A DNA stretch of 64,000 nt, taken from assembly GCA_964270895.1 (NCBI GenBank), contig OZ185450.1; one strand, written 5' to 3'. The notes under the pieces are model-generated. The model searched no databases. It was not told the DNA's origin and saw nothing but the letters and a program-made list of their open reading frames with translations. This document shows, piece by piece, positions 34,960 through 47,965 of this stretch. Each line of letters begins with the position of its first letter. The first letter of the stretch is position 1. Position numbers and translations under genes: made by a program. Source of the DNA: Podarcis filfolensis (lineage: Eukaryota).

Positions 34960-36240
34960 ACGTCAGTGCCAAAACCCTGATGGATGATCTTTGTAAGGAG
35001 AGAAACAGGGAAAGTGTGACCTTGTGAATTCTCCATGATGTCTCAGCACCTTTTGATACCATGTGGAAGACATGGTGCACCTACCTGCACTGTAGGTTCT
35101 ATAAATTAGTGATGGAGGATTCCTGCTTGAAACCATGACCCTTGTATCATGAGGGTTCTGTAGGGATCCACCTTATCCTGCACACTCCTCAACATCTGTG
35201 TGAAGCCTCTGTGCTTCAAGTATTTGGAATGCAGTGCTATCAGTATGTTGATGGCCCTTAGCTCTGTTCCTTCTTGTTGGGTGAAGGCTATGAATATACC
35301 AAACCAGTGCCTAGGTACAGTAGTGAGCTGGATGAGGGGTAAGAAACTGAAGCCGGGATCTTTTGATAAAGGGCAGTATATAAATCAATTAAATAATCAT
35401 CATAAGCTGGATGCTGATATGATAGAGGCACTGTGAATAGTTGGTTCTCAGGCTGGGGAGATCCATGGTTGCCTTCTTTTGAAGAAAGTTACATTGGCCA
35501 TGAAAAAACAAGTGCACAGTTTGAGGGTACTCATAGAATCAATGTTGTCATCACTAGAGACCTAGGTGGCCTTGGTGACACGGAGTGCTTTGGCCAGCTT
35601 TGGTTGGTCCACTAACTGTGAACACATCTGATCCATGCTCTGGAAACCTTCTGGAAGGATCACTGCAATTTGTTATATGGGGCTGCCATTGAAGATGACA
35701 CAGCAGCTTCAACTGTTGCAGAATGTGGCTGAATGCAGAAGGTGGTACTACCTGACTTATATACATTACATTAATTTGAAAGAAGCTCCCTGGCTTCCTT
35801 TTAGCTTCCGAGCCTAATTCAAGGTGGTGTGCTTACAATTAAGGTCCTAAATGACTTTGGATGCAAAGCCGCAAAACAGTGGTTCTTCCCCTATCAGTCT
35901 GTCTGTGTCTTGGGAACTTCCGCCAAAGCCCTCTTTTAGGGGCCTCCTTGCTCTGAGACCTGGAACTCAGCAACAAAAGAAAAGGCCTTTCTTGCAGTGG
36001 GTTCCCAGCTGCAGAACATCCTCTCTAGAGAGGCTCACCTGGCACCAACATTGCTATCTTTTCAGTGCCAGTCAAAAATGTTTATTTCTCCCTGGGCATT
36101 TTAATTGGCTGTGAATTAATTTTATGGATTGTATTTATTGCTTTACGGTTGTACTGTTATGTTTATTGATTGCACATTGCCCTTGTACATTCAATCAAAA
36201 AGAATGAAGGGCAGTATAAATACGTTGAAAACAAATAAAT
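34960..36240 (+). mobile_element. Decayed L2/CR1-clade LINE, RT region to 3' end
   Basis: Remnants LMDDLCKERNRESVTL and DVSAPFDT (cf. DLSAAFDT). QCYQYVDG is a decayed YADD motif. QLQLLQNVA (cf. LQLVQNAA). AT-rich tail. Confidence 0.8.
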
Positions 36241-39200
36241 GCTTGGCTCTGTTCCCAGGAGCTTGTGTGATGAAACAGTGTCTAGGGCAACCTGGGACTG
36301 ACAATGAGGGCCTCCAGAGGTTGTTGGACTCCAACTCCCTGGCCAACAGGGCCAATGGTCAGGGGTGGTGGGAGTTGTAGTCCATCAACGTCTGGAGGAT
36401 CCCCACAACCTACTATAGAGACTCCTGGTGGCCCAGGCTGTCCCTGGCCACTATGAAGGCTGGTTCTTGCCTCTGGGTTTCTTGGTTGCACCTGCTCAAG
36501 TTTCCTTGGGTCACCTTTGGGCCTAAGGTTTCTGTAAGGAACCTATCACAGCATGAATGGAAACTAGAACAAACCTGCCAAATAGTGAATCATGCACCAG
36601 GTGTGATGTTCAGGTGTGGGTGGGAAGCAGGCTGTTTGTCAGAAGAGGTCTTTCAAGGCAGTACATGGTCTGTTTTAATGAAGTTGAGTGGCCAAGTTCA
36701 GCTTTCCATTCCAAGATCAGCTTTGGAATGTGATTTGCTGTGAGACAATGTGCTTCCCCAGTTGCCTCTGCAGGGAGTGTGGGTGGCTGTTCTTCTTTAG
36801 CTCCCCAGAAGTATGTATATTGTGCAGAACCCACTGAGGACCTGTCTTTAATAGCCCATCATTGCACAGTGGCAGCTGGCTGCTTTGCATTGGTTCCAGG
36901 CTGCTGTAGCTGCAACGGTCTCTCCCCCACCCCACCATTTGTTAAATTGCTGGCTGCATTATTTGGTTAACTTGGTAACATTGAAATTTACCCTGAAATC
37001 AAATATAAATTCTCTTATAGAAGGTTATCCTATACATAAATCACCATTAGCCTGCCTCGTTTTTGTTTAATGCCTGCCTAACTGTGCTGCTGTCTAAAAA
37101 TGTGTGTTTAGTCAAGTCAAGGGTTGCAGAGAAATTATAGGTTTTTCAAAAAGCCATTTGCTTTGTAGGTCCTCACATCAAAATCAATCTTGCCGTTAGT
37201 TCTCCCTCCCCCTACAAATATAAGGTCCCACTCCCTCGGTTCTGGCATTTAATGAAGGGTCATGTTAATTCTAAATTAAGCCAGTGGCACTTACAGAATG
37301 GTGGGCCTTTGGTGAGGCTGTCCTGCGCTTTAAGGTTATGGTTTTGAACTTTGTGGCTGGCTATGGATCTTGATCTGTTGTGGTTTAAAAATCTGTTATT
37401 TATATTGGGGTCAGCTCTCCACCTTGAGTGGGATGTATTCAACTGATTTTTTTTATTTTCCTGTTTCAAAAGCCCCAAGGGAATGAGGTTCCGTTTCTGT
37501 GAAATACGCCATTTTCAGCTTGCAAAAAAGGGGGATCTTTTGAGCTGAGGCTCTGTCCCTTTGCCAGGCAGTGCTTTGGCTAAGTGTGGTTGAGTCAGGA
37601 GGTTCCTGATCCCCAGTTTTGAAAGGGAAGGCTGTGGATCTTTCATTGTTGTGGGCCTCAATATGCCCAGATGTCAGCGGACAGCTTGAAAAATACACTC
37701 TTTGTTCCAACCCCCTGTGAGAATGTCAGAATTGGGCTTGCTTTGGTACTGAAGGTCAGGAGCGTGAAGTTTAGTCGCATGCTGGATTGTGCCCTCTGCC
37801 ACCATTGATCACCAATTTGAGGACATCACAGGACAATGAGTTTGCAAACGAGAAGAGCCTGCACACTGTTTCCCTCCATCGCTGCCATGAGAATGGTTAG
37901 GTAGAAAGCTTAGAATAATGAAATAAGTAAATGGTCCGTCACTGACTTGTTATGAACAGAGAGCAGGTTGTTTGGGCCTGGAACAACAATGCGCTTTGGA
38001 GTCAGATATGGATAAAAGGTCAATTGTGTGAATCTGAAAACTTCTTCATGTGAGGAAAGCAGAATAAAAGCCTCAGTGAAAGTGAGGAGCTTTTATTGGA
38101 AATTGGTTGAGGTGGGCTTTTCCAGAATCCTTGCTCAGACATGGTTGGAGCATGTGACCTGTCAGAGTTTTTTTCTCCTTCTTGTACCCCAGTGTGGAGT
38201 TCCCCCCTCCCTCCCTCTGCTCTTTTAATTATAAACCTCACTATAATAAATAGTATAGGAGTGCCTGTCTGCTCTCCTCCTATGAGGTGAAAGATTGATC
38301 CAGTTAATTTGGCTCATCTTCGTGTGTTTGGTGGAGGGGTAAGGTTAACCCATAATTTCACAAAGAAAAATCCTTTTTCTGCATGAGCTCTTCTTGCACT
38401 CTCTTTTCTGTCTCTGCCATGTGCTAACATTTAGTCTTTAATAATCTGGAAGCAAATGAAATTGTATATTTTAAAAAATCATTTTATTTTCTCTGCAAAT
38501 ATAATGAGTGCCTGGAGACTCAGCGTGAGGCTACCCAAAATTAAAGCTACCAGGAATATTTATGGATGTTGCGCTCCCATTCATATTCAGCTGCCTGCGC
38601 TGAGCCTTTGCATCGCGGCTTGGCTGCCAGCCCCAGCCAGGTGGTGTCAACAGGCCCCCAAACAATGCCTACGCACAGCCTAGCGGGCAGAGCTGAAAGC
38701 TGATCCAAGGCACGGCCTCGCCTGGGCACAGATAATTCCGCTTTGTCCTTCCTCAATGAGCATTCTCTTTAGAGGGCAGTGATCTCCTGCTACCACAAAA
38801 GGCTGGGGTGCTGACACCACAATGGGGGCTGAAAGATGATTCTTGTTTGCATGTCTTCAGGGAGGGGGCAGGCATCAATCTGTGGCAGAACATTTCCAGC
38901 TGCTGGCTTTATAACTCTTTGCCTGCCTGCCTGCCTGCCTGCCGAACAGGACTAGTTGGGCTTAATGAAATCATTTTCTGTGGCGAGCTGCTGCCTGAGG
39001 TTTGTAATGTCAGGATGATGAGCAGCAAATTTGCATGCCTTCCCAGGTTGCTCCCAAGAGTGCCTGTGATTTTTTTGCATTTGCAAGAGAGGAGAGCAAG
39101 TGAGAACGGGCAGCAGCCTTTTCATGCAGGAGAAGGCCATCAAGGGCTTCTAGCCATGATAATTCTGTTTTACCTCCACTGCCATGGCAGGGAATTGCAA

Positions 39201-41799
39201 GTATGGAGAATGCCATTTGTGTACTCAGGTCCCCATAGGAATCTCATTGTCCACTCTGAAAACAGGATACTGGACTACATAGGCCTTTAGTCTGATCCAG
39301 CTGCATAGCTTGTCTTAAATTCTTCTGTTCAGTGTGATGCAGGCGTGGAGGTGGGGCGGGGTGAAGGAGGAGGAAACACCAACGAAGGTGTTTCCTCCTC
39401 TAGCTGTTGGGGATCCTGAGGTTTCAACTGCAGATTTTTGCTGCCCAGAGAGCTTTGGTTATGGGGTGGACAGAAATGCCATAAATATGTAAATTAACAT
39501 TCTTAGGCAGTTTACAAAGGCTGTGTTGAAGGCAACTGCAGCTTCCTCTTGGGAGCTGCCAGCTGAAAGCAGGTGCATTGGAAAATGTAAACAGCTGAGA
39601 AAGTGAAAAGGGCTTCCAGCCTCACTTGCCAACAGCAGGTAAACTGCCCACCCATCTCTGGGTGTCTTGCACAAGCAAGGAACCTATATTCATTGCTTGC
39701 TAGGTGGGGGAAAGTTTGCACATAAAGGCTTCCTTCTAGAATGTTCTCTTTGGTGACATTGACACTAGTGGTGTCCCATTTCCACCTGGACAAACAGTGG
39801 TTGCCAATTGCAGCTGTCCTAGTGAGCATTTGCTGCAGGTTTGCCTGGCTTTTCTCCTCTGCCTCTTCACAAAGCGACTGTTGTGCTCTGGTGTAAAAGG
39901 GAGAGACCTCTGCAGGGAACAATACCTGTGACTCTTTCCCAAAAACTTACAATATAACCATATTGCTTTTGAGAAGACATCAGATAGACTCCCTCCTGTG
40001 ACTCAAGTATCACCATCAAGATCATCACATTATCCTTGACCACTGGCCATTTACATCTGAAGAGCCACAGGTTTCCCAGGCCTGGTCTAGGCCAAAGCTT
40101 ATTCGCTTGGAGAAGAGGAAAGACCCTACCCAATAATGACGGGAAGCAGTTTTGGGGTGCCAGGACTTAAAGCCTCATGGAGAGCATGTCTATGGAATCA
40201 GAGACCTGTAGGATGCAGGACACAGCATGTCCTGCAAGGTAACCCAGACTAGTCTCCCTTCCTAGTTTTTGCTAGGATCTTCTGTGAGCTGGCCCAGGTT
40301 ACTCTGCAGAAGGGACTTGTTTCAAATGTTTGCCACGAGCATGCAAGCTGCACTTTTTGAATGAGGTCAGTCTTTTGGAAGACTGGAGGCAACCTGCAGC
40401 TTTTGATTTAGCTTCCCTTCCCGCCAAACCTTGCAAGTCTTGACATGTATGTAAAAAAAAGCTCTTCTGGTCCTTGGTGTAAGAGCGTGGTGAATGTGAT
40501 GTGCAATGTGAATGATCTGCTCCCTTTGTTTGAATATATTCAGCACATCTCTCTGGGAATTCCTGCTTGTGTTTGATGCATTAAAGGAATCTCTTTGGGG
40601 CTCTTGCATGGGAGCTGTTTCCGTACCAGGTAAATATTCCCTGGTATTGCGCTGATTGGTTGATTCGTCACTCCACCTGCTTCCTACAAAACCCACCCCT
40701 CCTGAGGCATCTTGCCTCCTGCCAAGTTCCCTCCCAGCCCCCTGAGAAATTGTGCTCAGGCCAGTTACGGCAGCGGGAAGGAGCTGAAGGTGTTGTCGTC
40801 GTTCTCACCAAATGGGGTGAGATTCTGTCTGAAATAATCCCATCCTTCCCCGGAGTCTTGGTGTGAATTTTATCTAATCACCATGGCAACAGATAAAAAA
40901 AGGTGTGAGCACCACATCTCCCTCTCTCTCTGCTGTGATAATTCAGATTTAGATATTCAGATCAGATTGAAGATGGAGATTTCAAATGGAAGAGGAACAA
41001 CAGAATGTTGACTGCTGTTCTGGGCCCTGGTGTGTGATGATCCTGCCCTTTTGGAGGATGGGATGCACACATACTTCCTGCTGGTGTGTTTGAAATATAA
41101 TTAATTTGTCAAATGTGCCCTGATAATCCAGTTTCATTTTTGATGCAAACATGAAATGTAACCTAAATAAAATGCATGTTAGCATTCTCGGGGAGGGATT
41201 GCTTACTACTTCTAGATGCTAGACAGCAGCCAACCTTTCTTGAAAGGTCTGGAAGGGTTTAAGAGAACCTGTTTGGAGCAGGTGTTATGAAGTAAGAGGT
41301 GGTTGTTGCTAGCCAGTATCTTCTGCTCCTTCCTGCCGGCTAATCCATCTTGCTCCTTTTCCTTGGCCACCCATTCTTGTCCTTTGTAGAGAGAGCTGCC
41401 CCCCATTAGTACTTCCTGCTCCCAGAGTTTTAATTGGCAATTAACTCCTGTTAGCTTTCCTATGGCAGGGCCAGGCATTACAAGTCCACTCCACGTGTAA
41501 AGGGCCCCTTCTGCTTCTGGGATTTCTGTATTTATTAGTTTTAATGTTGATTCTCACTCCGGGCTCAACATGGTTCCCTGCAGATGCTACTATGTTGGCT
41601 ATCCCTGGTTTGGTAGTTAGAATGTTGGGCTTTAACCATGGAGGCCTGGCTCAAATCTTTGCTTGTCTACAAAGCTTACTGAGATACTCTGCTCTCTGCA
41701 AGGTTGTTGTGAGGAGAAAAGGGGAAGCGTGTTTGCTGCCATAAGCTGCTTGGTGGAAGTATGAAATAAGGAATAAAATGAATGTCTGGTAACAGTACA

Positions 41800-42330
41800 T
41801 TGTTAGAACAGTGGCTTATTTTCCTGCATTTAAATAAAAGAAGAAGTAATGCAGTACATATTTATATTCACAAAAGAATCATACATATTCATGATTGCAA
41901 TGAAACAAAAGAAGTATAGGGTTGAATAGTATCCTGATGCTTGTTAACCCAAAACATCACAACTGAAACCTGTCTTTTACGAATACGTTTGAAAGCTGTT
42001 TGTTACTCATTTTTCTGTAGTATATTAATTTAGATAGTATTGCTGTATTTCAAGTTATTTTAATACCATTACAAAATCCGAGGGTCAGTATTATTCTTAT
42101 AATTTGGGGCTATAAGAAGGTTAGCTATAAGAAGGTTAACTACCAATTCCAAGTCCACATCAATAATTTAGATAGCCTAATAACAACATATTTGGATCTA
42201 ACGGTAAAAAGATATCCAGTCATTACTCTGATTAGATTCAGAATTATACTCCAGAAAGTCCAGATCATAGAGTATTCTCAAAATATATGTTAAAAAATAT
42301 GCCTGTACTATTGTGTAAATGTGGTTCAAT
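41800..42330 (-). mobile_element. Old L1/Tx1-clade ORF2 3' fragment
   Basis: Minus strand reads HIF*EYSMIWTFWSIILNLIRVMTGYL / PLDPNMLLLG, equivalent to HLWWTCPRVKAYWEMI..KPEAFLLG of the young L1. Confidence 0.7.
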
Positions 42331-42576
42331 CTGTATGGTGTTAAATGCCATTGAGGGCTCATCCATACTTCTGTTTGTGCCACGATTTCTAGGCACAGGT
42401 CATTGATTTGTAGCATGGATCCAAGCAGGGTTTTTTTTTGTCCCATCACCTTCCCTGAGAAAACCTGCTGTTTACTGATGAATTGAAAGAAATGTTAATC
42501 AAGTTTTCTGCGGATTGACGTGTTCATTCTGATTCAGTGGTAAGCAAGCGGGTTTTCCTGGGAACACAGCAGGACA

Positions 42577-42624
42577 GAACAACAACAAAAACAACAACAA
42601 CAACAAAAACAACAACAACAACAA

Positions 42625-42660
<36 letters not shown>

Positions 42661-42674
42661 AAACAACAACAACA
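42577..42674. repeat. Interrupted (AAC)n microsatellite
   Basis: Direct reading; AAA interruptions. Confidence 0.95.
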
Positions 42675-43780
42675 CCACAACCACTCAGACCCATGTCTAC
42701 AAATGATGGACCTCTGCCTAGAAATTGCTGCACAAACGGAAGTGTGGATGAGCCTTGATACTGAATTTTAAAGACTTTTTTTTGAGAAAAGTCTGCTGTT
42801 ACTAAATTCAATAGAATTTTAGTTCAATTCCATTGCCTTGGTCTGATTCCTGCCTAAATGTTTTGTCATTTCCCCTGTATACCCAACATACAGTATATAC
42901 TGTTTCCCTATCAGAGTTTGGCTATCTTTAGACCTAAACAATTCACTCACATTTATTTCTCCCCTCAGCCCTTCCATAGTTCTTAAACAGTGACAATATT
43001 GTCCCTCTGTCCTGGAAGTATTGGAATGACAGGGGTCTTACCCCTCCCCTAGCTTCTGTTGCTTCCTCAGATGATGCTATATTTTGTCCATTCATTCTGT
43101 TAGCATTGAAGCTGTGGTTTCAAGCTGCGTCTTGTGTAATCCCTGAAAGGCTACTCAGTTTCTGCTGTTTGTTGTATTTATTTGCTAGGAGACTCCAGGC
43201 GACCTTCAGTATGATTTAAAATACATAGTTTAAAAGTTCAACAAAACATTATTCAAGAACAATAATGCTTGAAAAGCCAAGAAGCCTATCTTTGCCTATA
43301 ATGTGAGTGGTTCCACCATAGAAAAGAAAATCTGGGGCTCCTTCCATCTCTCTCTCCTGGCATTTTAACCTGAGTATCTTCTGTTCCTTTGCGCCCAATG
43401 CTGCTGAGAGGCCCTGTCAGGTCAATTGGACATATTTCCTGTGGTGAGCTGCAGATGAAGAAGATGATGACAATCCTCCAGAGGGACCACAGGAGGCCTT
43501 CTTCTCCAAGCCAGAAACCAGGCCAGTGTATGTAGAGAGGAGAAGAGATGGACTATCCTGGAATGATGGGAGTTTCCTTGTAGTCTATGTCCAAAAGAGT
43601 CCATGCTTACAAGGGTGAGGTGAGGCACTTGCTGGTAACTAGTGTGCGGCTTGGAATAAATGGTGCATGGATTCTCTTTTCATTCACCATTTGCTAGGAG
43701 TTTGTCCTCCTGTGGCAGTTACAGGGATCAGTGACTTTTCTTGAGAGGCTGAGGTTTTCAGCCAATGGATTATTGGCTGC

Positions 43781-43950
43781 TGAGAGAGTAGCTCCAAACT
43801 GGAGCATCTGCTTTGCATGCAGAAGGTCCCAGGTTCAATCCCTGGTAAGGCTAGGACTGGCCCCTGTCTAACATCCTGCAGAGCTGTAGACAATATGAGC
43901 TAGATGGACCTGAAGGTCTGACATGGGTATAAGGCAGCTTCCTGTGACTG
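43781..43950 (+). mobile_element. tRNA-derived squamate SINE (Squam3-like)
   Basis: GAGCATCTGCTTTGCATGCAGAAGGTCCCA + B box GGTTCAATCCC (43832-43842); tail GAGCTAGATGGACC..TATAAGGCAGCTTCCT. Confidence 0.85.
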
Positions 43951-44608
43951 AATGCCTTTGAGCAAACTCCATGCTATATGTCAGCCAGAGAGAGGGGCTG
44001 GGTGTGTGCATGTGTGAAGCGTTGCCATTTGCGAGGGACAGCAGCCAACCAGATAAGCTTAGTGCTCTCTCCTGCCCTCACCAATCCGAGCACTTAAAGG
44101 CCAATTGCTGGGCTCCCTTAATTCCTGTGTGTGTAAATCTTTCAGGGGCTGGAGAGTGATGGCGAGGGGAGTGACATGCTGAGCCAGGAACAGGTGGCCA
44201 TAGATTAGTGGAACTGTAGGGAGCTGAAGCAAAAGCCAAGCAGCCGGTAAATCTCCTGTCTGCCACCTTCTGCCTGTCTTGCAGGGGAGACGAAATGTTT
44301 CAAGCCCTCTTCAGGAGTAGTTCCTAAATCTGCCTAGCAGGCTTCAGCTGATGGCATCAACTCTCAGCGAAAGCCTGCCAGGTTCCATATGGGGTGGGGG
44401 GAAGGTCTGTGCCTTTAATGGCTGTGCAGAAAGGCGGATTTGAGCATATGTATCCTCTTGGGATGACAGGAGAAACTGCAGTGGCCCAAATGCGCTACGT
44501 CTGTGCACTGTGTGTAGACGCAGAGGAACGTTGTGCTCAGTGGCATTTGACCACTCACAGACAGGAACTTTGGGGGATAACCAATGAGTGAGGTCCCCAT
44601 TTGTTGGC

Positions 44609-44652
44609 CCTTCCTTCCTTCCTTCCTTCCTTCCTTCCTTCCTTCCTTCCTT
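44609..44652. repeat. (CCTT)11 microsatellite
   Basis: Direct reading. Confidence 0.95.
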
Positions 44653-45780
44653 CATTCTTGCAGGGCAGTATGCAGCATATGTGGGTATGGGAGGTAAACA
44701 GGGGCCTTTGCTCTGGAACCTCATGCCAGGTTCTTGCTGGAGGAGCTTTTCTACCTCCAACAGTAGCTGTATGGCTTCTGCTCTCTTCATAAGCCATTCC
44801 TGACAGCAACCAAATAAACAGCAGCACATGCATTATACAGGGCGTTTCTGTGTCCAGGAATGCTTTTCTCCTGTGTTAGATGGGCAAAGAAGACTTGGGC
44901 TTGTGATGGGACAAGGCAGGTGTTTGGGGACTTTGAGGCAGTTGCTGGATGGATGCTTATTCCTCCCCACCCTGGTTGTTAGTGAGCATGACATGGGTGG
45001 CAGCAGAAGCACAGTGATGCCAGCCTCCTTCCCTCCCCCCAGAACAGGCAGTGCTTTATTCCCAAGCCTCTGCTTTCAAATTCTCTTTCATTTTGCATGA
45101 GAGACAGATGTGAAAGGCTGCAGGCCTTTTAGTCCCCAAAGAGAGAGGCTGGTTGTTCACATCCTCATCTCTGCACATTTGGGGACAATGGTCGCCCTTT
45201 CTCTGTCTCATGAAATGCACCCTCTTCCTCGAGTAAGAAGGGACTCTCTCCTGGGCAGGAAGCTGACCCAGGATGCCTGTGTAGGTTTCTGTCCTGGTGT
45301 GAGGGTGCAGGAATCAGATGATGGGACTAAGGGATGCTTCCCACGGTAAGAGTTCAATGAGCCCTTGTTGCAGACCCATGTTAGGTACCTGCTAAAGCTG
45401 CAACATTCAAGGGCAGATGTCCTTTTGTGGATGCTACAGAAACATATTCCTTGCCACCTTGACACATTTGTAAAGGGCTTCTGAGGTGGGGTATGCGTGT
45501 GGCAGATGTATGCGAAAGCCCCTTCAGCATCATCACACAGTCAGCTGGCCCCAGGTTCCTAACTTAAAATTCCGGTTTGTGGCTTTGACACTCTGTAGCC
45601 AAAAGAACCTATTGTGCTCCAAGCCTTGATAGTTTAGTTTTCAAGTCTGCCCATCTTGAGAGACTCTCCACTTAATTTTCTTTCCCAGAGGGGATGGCTT
45701 CATTCTTGCTTTTCAATTGTAAGCTGGCAAATCATAGACTCAAAAGAGTTGGAGAGAGAGGTGTAGTAAGCTATCTAGTC

Positions 45781-46051
45781 TAGGCACGTCCAACAGGTTG
45801 ATTGTGATCTACTGGTAGATCACTGGACGTCTGTGGTAGATCACTGATAGATCACACGCTCCCCCCCAAAAAAGCTCAACAACTTTGGCTCCCCTAAAAC
45901 ATTTTTGCCCTGTACCACCAAAACATGGGGCTTTCCTCCTCCCTAAAAAAAGCTGAACAACATTGACCTGAACCCAAAAAAAGGGGATAGATCACTGCCA
46001 GTTTTTAACTCTGTGAGTAGATTGCAGTCTCTTGGGAGTTGTCCACCCCTG
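45781..46051. mobile_element. hAT MITE inserted in a CR1 terminal segment
   Basis: Ends TAGGCACGTCCAAC / GTTGTCCACCCCTG, repeated GTAGATCAC motifs, TSD ATCTAGTC / AT--AGTC. The flanks rejoin to the CR1 motif CTATCTAGTCCAA. Confidence 0.75.
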
Positions 46052-46749
46052 ATAGTCCAATCTCCTGTCTCGTGCAGGAAATGTAGGACTTCTTCAATTC
46101 CCACAGGTGGCTGTGCAGTAGCTTCTGCTTGAAGAACTCTAGGGAGGGAGCGCCTTCCCATCAGGGTGACTGGCTTCATTTCTGAACAACTTTTGACAAC
46201 AGTGCATTTAGTGTTTGACTGAGAAGGACCCTCTTGTAATTTAAGCCCCTCAAATCTGGTCCCGCTCTCTGGAGCAGCAGAGAGCAGCTGTTTGATATGG
46301 CTTGTAGTGAACTCATTGGAATTCTCAGCCCGTTGATGTTCTGGGGTGCCTGGTAATGTGTGGGGCTTCCACACTAGGCCTTGAGTGTGGCATTGTCATT
46401 CTTCGTTCACTCTTTATGGGGCACCCTCATGATACTGTCATTTTGAATTTTCCCATTGTTTTCTTCCATCTTTTCTCAGACTTCAGAAAGTCTGACATTT
46501 TTCTGAGAAAAGGACAAGTTGCACAAATCTCTACAGGTGTAGATGCCCTTAGTACTATTCTGCCATTATTTTAAACAGGTCAGGCTTTGATCTGGTCAGA
46601 GATGTACCAGGTGATAAACCTATCACAGCTCTGCCCGCTTCCCCAGTAACCTTTACAATGGGTTTTATTTTATCACCCCATTCAATTTTTTTTTTAGTCA
46701 ATAAGCTGATTAGTGCTGAAATGCTTTTGCAGCTATAATGTGTTTCTGA

Positions 46750-47095
46750 CCCAGTTTAAAGTGCTGGTATTAACCTTTATTGCACTAAATGACTTGGGAC
46801 CAGGCTACTAGATATATTGCCTTCTCCTGACACTTAAGATCTTACTCTTCCTCACAAGTCCTGTCCTGAGTGCCAAATGAAGTGAGGCTGAAGTGGTTCC
46901 TAGAAGGCCTTTGGGCTGGTGGCACCCCAGTTTTATTGATTTGTGTATATCTGCCAGAACCAAGTTTTATACTGCTTTTATGGTTTTGTATTGCATTTTT
47001 CACCTTTTCATTTTTGTGAACTGTCTATGTTTGTTTGAGAACGACTATGTTCTCGGGCGGCCATACAACTATAGAAAATGAGTAAAGCTGAAGTC
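46750..47095 (+). mobile_element. L2-type LINE 3' fragment
   Basis: TTTAAAGTGCTGGTATTAACCTTT..GACTTGGGACCAGG; terminal GGGCGGCCATACAA. Confidence 0.65.
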
Positions 47096-47149
47096 CTAAA
47101 CCCACTTACCTGGGAGTGTGGCCCACTGAACTCAATAGGACTTAATTAA

Positions 47150-47965
47150 ATAACTTTTATTGGGTCTTATAAACCAGGATCATGGGAATAATAAATGCTA
47201 TGAATAAATAGACCAAGTCTTCTCATACCTTTTGTGCATCACAATAATAGCATAATAAATAGCGATATCTACAGCATATGGCTAATTGTTAATGGTCAGT
47301 GTACAAGTTCTTGGTTCATGGGGTGGTTTAAATAAAAACAATAACAATAACGAAGGGGAAACAGGATAGAAAAGAGTTAGCAGATAACATTCAACATTGC
47401 ATAGTTAAATGCCTAATCAGGAGCTCTTGTGGTTGTGTTTAGATTGAGTATGAATAATAGTCATTTCCCCTCTTATGTTACCCATGATGAATGTGGGAGG
47501 GGGGGGGGTTCAAAGTGAATATAATAATTTATGTTTAAATTTAAATTTAGATCAACCAGATTGAGCCAAATGATGGGGTTGTGGTTGTGCATTTTCAGGA
47601 ATCTTGGCAATGTTATAAAATTAAACCACACCAGGGTAAAGCCATATTTCTTGATCTGTCCGCATGTCAACCATATAGTTTATTTGTTAATCTCTCAAGG
47701 AGAGCTGTTTCTGAAACTGTTTTGTACTAGTTGTCTATCTTTGTGCCAGAAAGGTCCTTCTAGTATCTTAGGTTATGTTGCGTCTCGCTGGTTGTAATAA
47801 ATGGCTTATTAATTCTTTATTATGTATTTCCAGATTGTTGCCTTGAAATATATTTAATAAAGCTAATTCTGGTTTGACTTCCAGTTGTTATTTTATTCAT
47901 TTCTTGAAGTATCAACTTCCAGAAAGGCTGGATTTTTCTACATTCCGACCACATCGAATCATAGA
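47150..47965 (-). mobile_element. L1 3' fragment (ORF2 end + UTR), distinct subfamily
   Basis: Minus strand MWSECRKIQPFWKLILQEMNKIT, frameshift, then EVKPELALLNIF. AATAAA on the minus strand near 47156-47162. Confidence 0.8.

Noticed and set aside
42474-42492. CTGATGA..GAAA resembling a hammerhead core
   Set aside because: Only 3 nt lie between the boxes and there is no stem II or flanking helices.
42499-42811. Poly-Thr, poly-Val and poly-Leu ORFs resembling mucin or membrane proteins
   Set aside because: Translations of the (AAC)n microsatellite. The same applies to poly-Ile at 12633 and the EGRK repeats at 44344.
43781-43845. tRNA gene
   Set aside because: The tRNA-like head runs into a SINE body with a degraded A box; the same holds at 5134 and 14500.
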